64,000 nucleotides of DNA, taken from positions 496,001 to 560,000 of the forward strand of contig MU053652.1 in the NCBI GenBank assembly GCA_013239625.1, in the 5' to 3' direction. Below, in pieces: positions 1 to 11,289 of this stretch. The notes under the pieces are model-generated. The model was not told the DNA's origin, searched no databases, and was given only the letters and a program-made list of their open reading frames with translations. The translations under genes were made by a program, and so were the position numbers. Every line of letters begins with the position of its first letter. Position 1 is the stretch's first letter. The DNA is from Lama guanicoe (taxonomy: Eukaryota).

Positions 1-939
1 GTAAAGATCTGTTTATCTAAGTTGCAACCCACATTTGGAGAAAGAGATGAGCCCAGAGTTCTATGATGAATTAAAGTAAAATATTGGCCACTACCTCTTT
101 AATTCTTTTTTCTGGTCTTTGCTTCTTTAAAGTACTTTTACTCTTTTTTCCCCCCACTATTTATTCATTCATTTGGGTAGGCAAAACCCAGTAAAAATAA
201 ACCTAATTTTGATGGGACAAAATATTATTTTCAATTTTCCCCTCATTATACACAGCTTTAAAATGACAGAGGTAAAAATATTTCACTGTGGCAAGCCAGC
301 CACGTGAAAATGAGTAGCTTCATCAAATTGAGTCACATCTTCATGGCCCAGTAAATAATTTAAACTGTACAAAGGTAAATGCTGAGTGATGAAGTTGAAA
401 GAGAGACCTTACTTTTGTCAAAATAAGCAGAAAACAACTGGAGATATTACACTGTATATGAACAAACATGGGGAGTACGCTTGTATTTCTAGAAAGTTCC
501 ACCAACAATTCTATGAACTAAAGAACAGGCTAAGAACACTGTAACATACTTACGGGCAGGAACTTAGTATTATTAATTCTCATGTTTCCCAGGTATGGCA
601 CATAACAAGGTCCATACAAATGGTGAATAAATAAATGAATTAATGAGTAAATTATGTTTCCCTTAAGAGGGGAGAATGATGTAGAAATTAAAAGATATTT
701 TAACTTGATTTAGCAATATCCCAAATTTGATTCATATCAATCCCTTCCTTCTAGAGTTTTGAGTACAAGCCACACTTGCATGGGACATGAGGTGTGGTAC
801 AATAAAAACAGACTTGACTAAGTTCAGGTCATTGCTGTTTGATATTTAGAATTGATCAAAATTTCATGTAAGAAGTAATGAGCTAAACAGATGTTTTTCC
901 TTCCCATGTTTAGTACAACTTAGAAAATTGACCCTTTAC
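1..939 (-). other. EXOC4: 5' portion of the next EXOC4 intron
   Basis: Begins with donor gtaaag at 939. Confidence 0.9.
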
Positions 940-1095
940 CTTATGAAATCTTCTTCCTCTTCTCTCTTTGGCCTCAGCTGTTTGGGTTGAGCCATATTCA
1001 TCCAGTTTGGTAGAGATTTCAGAAGCCTGCTAATATCATCATCTTTTGCCCAAGATGCACTGATGACAAGTTTTTCTTCGGACTGGACAATGCCC
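940..1095 (-). CDS. EXOC4: EXOC4 internal coding exon, 156 nt (human exon 13 equivalent)
   Basis: The minus strand reads tctcttttctgttggtccttttag|GGGCATT...TTCATAAG|gtaaag. It translates to [52 protein letters not shown], continuing in frame from the 17906-18042 exon. Confidence 0.97.
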
Positions 1096-1152
1096 CTAAA
1101 AGGACCAACAGAAAAGAGACACTTCAGGACACTGCTTGGTTTCCAGCTGGCA

Positions 1153-1254
1153 TTTTTTTCATCCATCCATTCATTCATTCAAGGTACTGGGGTTTGAACC
1201 CAGAACCTCATACATGCTAAGTACGCATGCTACCACCTGAGCTATACCCCTCCT
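1153..1254 (-). mobile_element. tRNA-derived SINE (camelid Vic-1-like), short form with (GAAT/GGAT)n tail
   Basis: The minus strand reads aggggtatagctcaggtggtagcatgcgtacttagcatgtatgaggttctgggttcaaaccccagtacc, with pol III A and B boxes. Three more copies lie in the window. Confidence 0.85.
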
Positions 1255-3149
1255 TGCCGTTAGTATTTTTTTAATCTACTTCTGCCATGGGAAAAAAGAT
1301 ACCACATCCATCTCTCTTATTAACATAACCCATTATCTAGTAACTGGAGGCATGGCATCCATTAATAGCTCACTTTTGTGGGAAACATCATTTCCAGATT
1401 CCATTCTTAGGTTCTTCATTGTTGAGTAATTAAAAAACTAATAGTACTAACTAATTCCCTTTTCATAGTTAATCCCTTAGGATAAATAAAAGTTTATGGT
1501 AGGTTTGGGAGTGGGGGACTCTTTCAAGAAAGATGTTGAACAAATAAAAAGTGAGTTAACCATATCAGAGACTGCAATTAAATAACAAAATAAACAATAC
1601 TCGAAAGGTGATGGAAGTGTTACAAAACTGTTCTCTGACTTCTTGGTTTAAATGACCAATTAGCTCTACTTGAAGGTGTTTTTTTGAACCATGGACCCCC
1701 CTCTAAGTCACAGCACATCTACCATCATAGAGAAGCCTTCTGCCCTAGTGTCAGGCAGAAAAAGTCTTTGATTATTGCTCTCTCCAGTGGGCTTTGACTA
1801 GTGACCCAGAATGACAGGCTTCAAGTCCTTTAATAGGTCCCATGGGTGAGCTATTAACACTTCTCTTACCAGAATGTACCTGTAAATTCATCATAAATGT
1901 TCGATTTCAACCTAATTAAAAAGCTTCCCTTTCTGTTCAACAATTCTGTCACTATAACTAATTTCAACAGTCTAAAAATCCTCATCAGCAATTCTAGGTG
2001 ACAGAATGACATTTATTTATGAAGGGATTGCTAATAAGCTGGCCAGCCCTCTGAAGTTGACCAAGACCATAGGGAGTTTCTCCCTCGATCAGAGGCAGGA
2101 ACTTACACTGGTGGAAGGGTTATACTGGAGACCGTGATACACCTCTAAATACATAATAAATGTATGGTGTATAAGCTTGGATGTGGGACAAAATCCCCTT
2201 TACCCAAGAGACAATTAATGTTTGTAGACAAAAAGCTATTGAAGCTTTAACCTTGACTCAGGACAACATGACTTGGGGTAACATGACTTCATGTTGGAGG
2301 GGGCAATAGTGCCCTAGTTCTCTGAAAATAAGCTAGAATAAATAAAAGAACCATAGGTGATTTCTAGAATTCCTCCAACTCACTACAAGCAAAAGTTTTC
2401 TAACAGTAACTATGGTCGGTGATACAAAAATTAGACAGAACCTTTTTCCTTGGGATCTCTCAAATTCCTCTCACTGGTACCTTCTCTTCCTGTTTTTTCC
2501 TTATTATTTTCCTGCATCTTTTCTGCAATATTTATGGATTAATCCCACAATATAATTTTTACACATTTAAATGTGGGATGCTAAATACAGTCTTTTAGAA
2601 TGGTACCATTTCACCCTACGCTACTCCACACCAGAGAGCCCTCAGCATTCTCTGGCGCTCTTTTTACCTGTCTCTGATCAACTTCCTCTCCCATTCCCCC
2701 TACGGCTATTTTTTTAAACCTTTACCTTTTCTTTATCTCCTTATTGCTTATCCCCCATATTCTTCCCATCTGCCAAAGAAAGGAGGGGACCCAGTTCCAT
2801 ACTTTCAAACCTTCCACAGAAGTATGTTCAAATCTGTTTCCCCCTCATTCACTTTCAGTAATCCCTCTACCTAGGATCTAGAAGACCCTCTCTCTCTGCA
2901 GTTACCCCCTCCCTTTCCTGTGTATCTGTTCTCTCCCAATATAGTCCCCAGCTCCATGTGCAATTTTTTTAAGTGAATGAATGAGTAAATCTCTTCCTTG
3001 ATTTAGGATTTCTCTCTAGGAAAGCTCCTCACTCTCCTTCACAGACACTCATAAATTGAGTGTGACCTTCACACATTGACTTCAATTTCTCACCTCTCAT
3101 TCACTTCTTCAATTCATGAAGTCTCTCTCCAGGATCCACTCTATGATTT

Positions 3150-3855
3150 AATCCACCTCCTCTTTCTTACAAATTTTTCAATGACTATAATTTTCACTTC
3201 TAGATTTTCTATTTAGCTTTTTCAGAAACCCACTGGCTTCCTCTTCCAAAATGCCCTGAACTTGTATTATGGATTCTATTCCTTCCTTTATTTCTTTGAA
3301 TATTTTAAAATCAGCAATTTTAAAGTTCTTTTCATGTGGCTCTCTATTTTTTTGGTACTACTTTGGATGTCAAATGTCCTATTACATTTTCCTTCTTTTC
3401 TCATGACGGTGAGTTTTCTCATGTGGTTTGCTCTTCTGGTCTACAAGCTCAACCTCAATGGGGCTGGTCCTTTGCAGGAAGCCACATCTGCCCTGAGTTT
3501 CAGAGATGTCACTATTAGATGGGTTGTATTTGCCTCTCCTGGATCTTATAGATTTCTCTAGTTCCAAATAAGTTTTGAAGACTTTTTTTACTTCCTTTTT
3601 TTTTTGGCTTAAAACATTCTCTCCATACATGGTTGGTACAAATTGAGGTACTCAGTTGCATATGTCACACGTGTAAGATTCTGATTTTTGTTAGGGGCCA
3701 CTTTCTCTACTCCAAGTACGGTGGCTCATTTCCAAGCACAGAGTTTTTGCCATTTCATTCGAAAGAGGAAAAATCCATGCATAACTTCTGCACAGATAAA
3801 GTTCCTGGCCATGGAGGCGTTAAAATGCTAGCTCCTCTTGGGTCTTCACCTCTAC
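3150..3855 (-). mobile_element. Degraded ancient L1-like fragment
   Basis: T-rich antisense L1-like composition and motifs (atttttcaatgactataattttcacttctag). Confidence 0.4.
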
Positions 3856-3950
3856 TATGGTCTCAGTGTTGTGCCCCTCCAAAATTCACATGTTAGAATG
3901 CTACCACCAGTGTGACAGTGGTAAGAAGTAGAGCCTTTAAGAAGTCATCC
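3855..3950 (+). mobile_element. MLT1 (ERVL-MaLR) LTR 5' fragment
   Basis: ctatggtctcagtgttgtgcccctccaaaattcacatgttagaat...ccagtgtgacagtggtaagaagtagagcctttaagaagtcat matches an MLT1 start. Confidence 0.7.
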
Positions 3951-3959
3951 TCATCACCC

Positions 3960-4875
3960 ACAGACACCACATCCCACTAATTCCATCTGCTTAGTATCTC
4001 ATTAATCTGTTGTTTCCTGTCCAGGTTCATTGCCCTTAACCTGTATTTAGACCCTCATCACGTCTCACTTGGACTTAGCAGTAACTTTGTAACTGGGTGT
4101 CTTGCCTGGAGCTTTAAAACCATCAGTCCAACTCACCACATTAGTTGGAAGAATTATTTTCCTAAGACTGTACAAATGTAATCATGTTTTCTCCTTCTTA
4201 GAAGTCTTCACTGATTCTTCATTCTAAGCCAACTCCAAACCTAGCAAGGCATGAACATCTACCTTATCATCTTCATCTCCTGCTATTATTTCCCTCTTTT
4301 GTCTCCGTTTACTACTCCCAGCCCAACCCCTGCCTGTGTTGGCTGAAAACCCTATCCATAATGAGTCATCTAGCGTTTTCTGAGTGGGATAAACAGTTTC
4401 CTGTTTGTGTGTATTATCTCTGCCTAGAGAGCCTTTTCTCATCTTGTTTGCCTCTAGCGCTCAAACATCACCTCAGCTCTTCCCCTGGGTCAGCTGAGTC
4501 CTCTCTTTCGTGCTTTATCACCCTTTACCCAAGGTTTTCAACTCTGACTAAACCTGCAGCGCTTTAAAAACAAAACAAAACAACTAGGTTCCCAAGCCAC
4601 ATCTAAGACCTAGTAAATCAAAATCTCTGGGGTTGGGACCCAAGCATCAGAACTTTAAAAAGTTCCACAGGTGATTCTGATGTGCACTCAAGGGTGCGAG
4701 CCGCTGCCTGAGACGTACCTCTGCTCTCATTGGTCCTACCCCACTTCTTTACAAGTTGGCATCCCAAACTGGATGATGGGTTCTCTGAGGACAGAATTGA
4801 TTTCTCATTAATTTCTGTGCCCCCAGTGTCCAGCACAGTACCTGGTATTTGGAAAGTATATAAAAACTGAACTGG
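3960..4875 (+). mobile_element. L2 fragment interrupted by MER5
   Basis: ctcatcacgtctcacttggact...tgcctagagagccttttc...tctgtgcccccagtgtccagcacagtacctggta. Confidence 0.6.
4529..4707. mobile_element. MER5-family hAT-Charlie element
   Basis: aaatcaaaatctctggggttgggacccaagcatcag...aagttccacaggtgattctgatgtgcactcaagggtgcgagccgctg. Confidence 0.75.
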
Positions 4876-5346
4876 ACATAAAAACAAGCCCCCTTCAGTT
4901 TTAGGAGTCTAGACAACGATGTTAATGGCTTTCCTTTACTACTACTCTTGCACTGAATGACTTAGGTGAGCGATCAAGCCATTTGGCATTTTGATCAAAT
5001 TACAGATTACTTTGCCATGCTCTCACCATGCCTCTCTGAATTTAACACAAATCAGAATAATGAATACAAGTGTGTTCCTCTCTGAAAGAAAAAAAAAAGT
5101 CCAACATAAAAAAATCCTGACTCACAAAACAAATGAACCAAGGAGTGCTTACTGACAAGTCTTCCCTTCTACGTCACTTACTCAGAGGTGGTCTATTACT
5201 GGAAAGTCTCCCTCACTTTCTCTGTGAAGAATTTGTTGACTATGTCAGCCTACAGTCATCTTCCCTCTTGGAAAGCAAGTGAATAAAAACCCTCCTTTTG
5301 TACTTATTGTTTATAACCTCATAATTAGGGCTTTGTCCTCTATAAT

Positions 5347-5503
5347 GAGTTGGGCAAACTACAGCCTGTTGGTCAAATCTGCTCTTTTGTATGTGTTGTA
5401 AGCTATGAATAGTGTTAACACTTTTTAATGTTTTTTTTTAAATCAAAAGACCACTATCTTGTGACATGTGGCAATTATACAAAATTAAAATTTCAGTGTC
5501 CAT
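5347..5503 (+). mobile_element. MER58B-like hAT-Charlie fragment
   Basis: gggcaaactacagcctgttggtcaaatctg...gtgacatgtggcaattatacaaaattaaaatttcagtgtcca. Confidence 0.75.
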
Positions 5504-7319
5504 ATCTAGAAAGAACTTTGGCTAAGTGGTTCAGTTCCTTTTATGCCTACACTACAAGTCAAATTCTGCCCCACAGAATTAAAAGCTCAAATCAGTTTTC
5601 CACCCTCTAAATCACTGAGCCATCCATGCTGGCCCACATCTGCCCCAGGGTTCAGGAAACAGTTTGGATCTGTAGGTGTGAGATGGTATTGTACATTTTG
5701 GGGATCTAGAATTTTTAGCACTGGCTACAATTAAAAAAAAAAACTGCTTAGTGGGATACTATGTTAAAGGTACTAACATTATTCACTTACATTTCTTTAA
5801 AGACTGGTATAATTCAATAATATGGTATTACATTACTGCCTTCACTAATATTCATAGATCCTATCTTACTAAAAACAGTAATCTAAATTAACTAGCATGC
5901 CACCTATATGCTGCCCTCAACAATGAATTATTAATTCATATTGTAATGAACAGCAATCCCAAAAGCAATTCCAAATATTCTAATTTGAAATATTAACATT
6001 GATTAACAACATACAATTACTGAAAGGGAATTTTCCATTCAAATGGCAAAGATCCCATCCTGATGGACTGCATTTATTAGTTTATAATTTTGTGATAAAC
6101 TGGATTATGTGGGTTAACAATTCCAGGATATATCCAAATAGCCTCAAAAAAAGAAGAACTGAATCTACAACAATTATTCCACAAGAGGAGTAGGGTTAAT
6201 CATCACTGCCGGAACCATAAGCTACTAATTAATTCACAGCTCAGTGGGCCACAGGCAGAGCCATCTGTGTAACTATTTGTACCTGTTCCCAGGAGGAAGA
6301 GGAAAACAGGTATACCTCTTGGAACAGGTGATGAGGCTGCCATGGGAAGAGTCCACCATCTAGACACAGCCAAGTGAATTTCATTCCGAAAACATCTGCT
6401 GGTGTCGACTGGCCCTGATGCGCACTGCTTCCCCTCTTGCACAGTTGGGAAGCGCAAGTGCGCCTGGTCCCTGGACACAGCTGGGGTGCTGAATCTTTCA
6501 TTAGGTAAACAACCAGGGGCAGGTGGGGCTAATTGGATTCAACTGTTTGGTGACAGCCTGGCCATGATGTTTACTCTTTCACAGAATGAATCTTTCACAC
6601 ACTTCAAAAACTAGGCGCCAAGCTAGGCAAATGAACCCCAGACAAGGCTGCTCCAAATTAAGCCACTGTAGTCCATTTCTGACCGTGGATGACTTGGACC
6701 TGTAGCAAGGCAAACTGCAGTGCAACGTCCAGCAACACAGTGATTGTGACAATGAGGGATGCAGAAATAAGAGCTGGTGCTACGCTGCTGATGAAAACAA
6801 AACAAACATAAAGGCAAAGGCAAACCTAAAACGTCTCTAGAAATAAGATGAAGCAGAACAAAAAGGAAAAGAGCAGAGAAATAGTGGATTGTCTTTTACA
6901 TCACACTCAACGCTGGTCAGAGAGCTTTAGGACGGTGTGAATCCCTACCTTGGAATCACAACTTATGAAACACCTGATGACTCTGGAGATGGTTGATGAG
7001 AAAAACAATCCAAGAGAACCCAGGGAAAGGACTCGGAATCTGAGAGCTTATACAAGTAACTCTTGGAGATAATTTAGTAACAACCTTTAAATGGACAAGT
7101 TCTCATATGGAGGGTTGTAACTGTTTGATATATAAAAAACCAAGAAGAAAATAAATATATCGCAACATAGTGGACCAAGAATATAAAATCTGTCTCAACT
7201 GTCAATATTCAGATTTTTTATGATAAACAGATTTAAATATGAATATCCTTAAGATCTTTATAAAAAGTTATCAGACTGGATAACTCCTGGTTTCAACCCT
7301 AAATTAACATCTTTCCATT

Positions 7320-7900
7320 TCGTTTAGATTAAAACTCAAATTCCCTGACCTTGAGATCCTTCATCAATGGTCCTTAATCCTGACTTCACATTAAAACTCT
7401 TGGGAAGCGTTTTTACAAATCTATCAATTTCACATGCTGAAGTGAGGCTCCGCATGGGTATTCTTTAAGCTCTCAAGTGATTCCACTGTGTAGCCAGAAA
7501 TAACCCAAATGACCCGAGCCCTGCACCTGCCTAACCTCACTCAGTATTCAGTCTCTTCGCTCCCTCTGTTCTGGTCACACTAATCTGCTCCACATTCTGC
7601 CTAGGATTCTCTTCCCCATATCTCCAAGTGGCTCCTCTTTGTCCTTGACAATTGACCACAAACATCATGCCTACAGTGAGGTCATTTCTGATGCTGGCCT
7701 GAATCTTTTTCTGTTACTTCTGAGAAATTTATTTTGTTACTTGATTATTTTCTAAGTCCCTCCATGAGTGAGTAGAAAATCTATTAAGGCAGGACTCTGC
7801 TTAGTTTATTCACTTCTGTACCCTTAGCTCTAGAATAATGATGGGCCCCAGGAGTGCTTAATAAGTAATTATTGAATGGATAAGGGCTGAATGAATGAAT
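7320..7900 (+). mobile_element. L2 3' fragment with a nested MER5-like piece (about 7368-7500)
   Basis: Ends gtgcttaataagtaattattgaatggat...tgaatgaatgaat. Internal ttctttaagctctcaagtgattccactgtgtagccag is MER5-like. Confidence 0.6.
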
Positions 7901-8059
7901 AATTGATACTGGTGAAGCACGAAACACCAGGGATAGAACAGAGGGCATAAAAATATCCCTTCTGCAATCTTTCTAGCAAATAACAACAATATTATCAATG
8001 AATTTAAAAATAAATAATGACCAGAACATCACCAATAGAATCAACAATGAATAATAACA

Positions 8060-8290
8060 ACACTGGCTGAGACTTCTGTAGTATTTACCATGAACTAGGC
8101 ATTCTTCTAAGCACATTACATACACTAACTCTTTCAGTCCTGCTAACAACCCTGTGTGGTAGGCACTGTTATCATTCCAATTTCAGAGATGATGTACAAA
8201 GGTACAAAGATTAAGGAACTTGCCATATCAAGTGGCTGATGAGGGAGACTGAACTGAGCCCACCCTGACTGTTCTGGAGTCTGCTCCTAT
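8060..8290 (-). mobile_element. MIR SINE
   Basis: aacaaccctgtgtggtaggcactgttatcattccaatttcagagatgatg...gattaaggaacttgcc, the MIR core. Confidence 0.75.
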
Positions 8291-11289
8291 TACAACGTCT
8301 CTCTGAACTATTTGAAACCTTTTTTGAGTTTCCCATTTCCTCTTTAATTTCCTTATCTCTTCTTTGGGCTTTAGAATTAGACTTCGCTTTTAACGCACAT
8401 ACTATCACTTGCACACTCTGTGACCTTAGCCACAGTATGAACCTTTCTGGACCTCTGCTTTCTTGTTGGTAAGGCTGGGAGAATCTAATCTTCAGAGGTG
8501 TTGTGAGTGATGGGATGAGCTGATGACTGAAAGTCCCTTGTACAATGACTCAGTGCTTTCCTGAGTGTGTATGTCCAGTCCAGTCCAGGTCCTCATTACT
8601 TTGCACCAGAGAGACTGCAACAGACTCCTAGCTTATCATGGTAGACTGAGTCAGGAATCTGTGGGATGCCTGGCTGGGTGGGCAGCTTCTCTATTTGGCA
8701 GGAAGGCAGCTGAGGTGAACTAGAAAAGTAAAGTTATTCACTTGATTAACAAACATGAGGGAAAGGCCAATATGCAGATATCATGTTAAACACTGGAACA
8801 ATCATGCGGAAGAAGATACAGTAACTTCCTTCTAAAGCCTGAGTTCAGATCAGTAATACACAGAAGAATCACTTTGGGGACATTTTCAACTATTTTTGCC
8901 CAGACCTATTGCTCAGTGGACCTAATGTGGGAAATGGATTTGTGTATTTTGAAATCTCCCCTAATAACTCTTGCTGTGAATCACAATTGAAAAATAGTAT
9001 TTTTGAGGAAGACGTGGAAACCGGTAACTGATCAAGCAGTATGTAATAAAAAATTTAAATAGCAGTACAGTGGGATAAATATCAAAACAGAGTCAAGCAT
9101 AATAAATTATAAAAGCTCCCATTTGCTGAGTGCTCCCTATGAACTAGATACCGTACATATTTTTATAGATTTTCTTTTGTTATCTCTTTCATATTTAATA
9201 AAAATGAATGTATCACTGGTAGGTAAGCCAAGAGGGTGGAAGACATACACAGTGTCAAGAGGCAAACCAGAAGACAGGCTGGCGTGGAGCTTGCATAGGG
9301 TTTCCCTGGCACATGCCTTTGGCTCTTCTGAGGTTCAAAGGCAGCAAGGCTAGCTCAACTAGACTCTCATTCCTGCAGGAACTGGGCCTCTGTCTACACA
9401 GGAAACCTGAAGAGGGTCATAAGCCATCACAGCCCATGGGGTCCAGTGATTGTTATTAGCACAATGGGGCCACTGAGGGCTTCTTAAAACACCACTTTGC
9501 TCATGGAGGAGGTAAGCCATCCTCCTCACCAAAACCTATGGTACTCCTTTACTTAGCATGGGACGTTTAAAAAAAAAAACACAGAACTTTTCTGTTCATT
9601 CTTACCCAACTACAGGCATTTTCATTTCTCTCCCCTCAACACATCTTGTCCATCCATGTAGCCCAACTGCTTGTTCAACCTCTCTGGTCTGTCAGGAGTT
9701 TCCTCCTTCTTTGGATGAACATCCTGAGGGCTCACAGGTGTCCAGCCCTGGGGCAGACCTGGTTTCTGCCCTTGGTAATCGTAAGTTCACCCCACACCCC
9801 TCTTCCTTCAGGCTCTGGCATGAGTTCTCAGGCCTCAATGGGGAAGTGGTGAAAGGGGGGCCCTGAAGATGGTGACACCTTTTCCTAATAAAATTTGCTT
9901 GTATGTTAAGTCAATTGAGCCTCGAAGATTAGAAGATGTTTTATTGGTATTTTCTAGTAGGCCCAACACAATGCAGGAAGGTCAAAAAAAAATTTGATTA
10001 ATGAACTGATACTAACTTGGAACAGACAGAATCTTTGAAATGCTGTGATTTGCCAACTTAAAATGACTATTTAGGGACACATAAACTGCTGGTTGTACCT
10101 CAGGACAAAAAGGACGACAAAGGGAGTGACGCACTCAGGAAGGAGCAGACTAATAGACCGACTGCCTGATGGCTAAGGAGGAGCAGCAGAGAATTCAATT
10201 CCCAGCTGCGTTTTCCTTGAAGCCCTAAGGGGCGTGACTAATTAAGAAAAAGACTTCGAGTCTTCATTTCCCTTTTAGGAAACCTCTCTTTATCCCAAGC
10301 ATGTAACATGACATCATTGTATAGCACAGGCTTTCTCTCCAGAGTGACATGCTCAGAGAAAGGTGGGATGTTTTTGACCTTTCCTCCGATCTCTAAACTC
10401 CCAGTGGATGCTCCGGTTCTCACGGTAAACTTAGAAAACATGCCAGCTCTCAGCAGAGGGCATTGTGAGCTTATGGATTGGATCAGTTCTGGAAAAGATA
10501 TCTGCTGAGAAAGAATCAGATTGCAATGTTTCCCCGCTCCCTTCCTCCTTCCCCAATGTTACATCATTTCGGATCATCTGAATTGTATATGGCTTTCTAT
10601 TTAAGACAGTCATTTGTTGGCAGCCAAACTAGAACATTTCCTGTTTTTCCTCTCACTGTAATCAGGATTTGGCTGTCCAAATTAGGACTGCCCTAATTAC
10701 TCCTCGGCAGGTGCCAATCTGGGGGAGGGCAATAAGTGGGAAGAGACGAAGTAAGGACACTTCTGCATCTTCAGACTCACACAATAAGGAAACATTTTCT
10801 CCCTAGCCTGAGGCACCATAGGGTTACACGTTATGTGCACCTGTGCTGCTGTGTAACAACCACGTAAATGATTTTGTTTAAGCCTCTTCAAAGCTTCTAG
10901 GATTCTTTTTCCCCACCTTAAGATAAATTCATCCTAGACCTGTAAGTCAGCAACTGTGGTAGATTACAACAGATATTACCCTGTAGAAGGAATGATCTGA
11001 GAGTGGGCACCAATAAGTGGGCATTATTCCAGAGAATTCGATGGTATAGCCTCTTGGGGGAAAGGAAACAAGATACTCAATGACCACAATATATCAAGAA
11101 CCAAAAGCAATGGCTATATTCCCCCCCTAAAACGCAGTATAGCACAGATACAGTTACACTGTTTGGACCAAATGATGAAATAGAAGTGACAGAGAAATAA
11201 CTCAATACCTGTAAGAAGGACTGAGCCTGGTGAACAAAACTATCCAAGTTCCTGCCTAAAGCCAACTACTACACTTACTACTGCATGAC

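Noticed and set aside
936..1178. 80-aa ORF as a standalone gene
   Set aside because: Only 940-1095 is coding. The N-terminal part reads through intron and SINE tail sequence, and the stop lies in the donor site.
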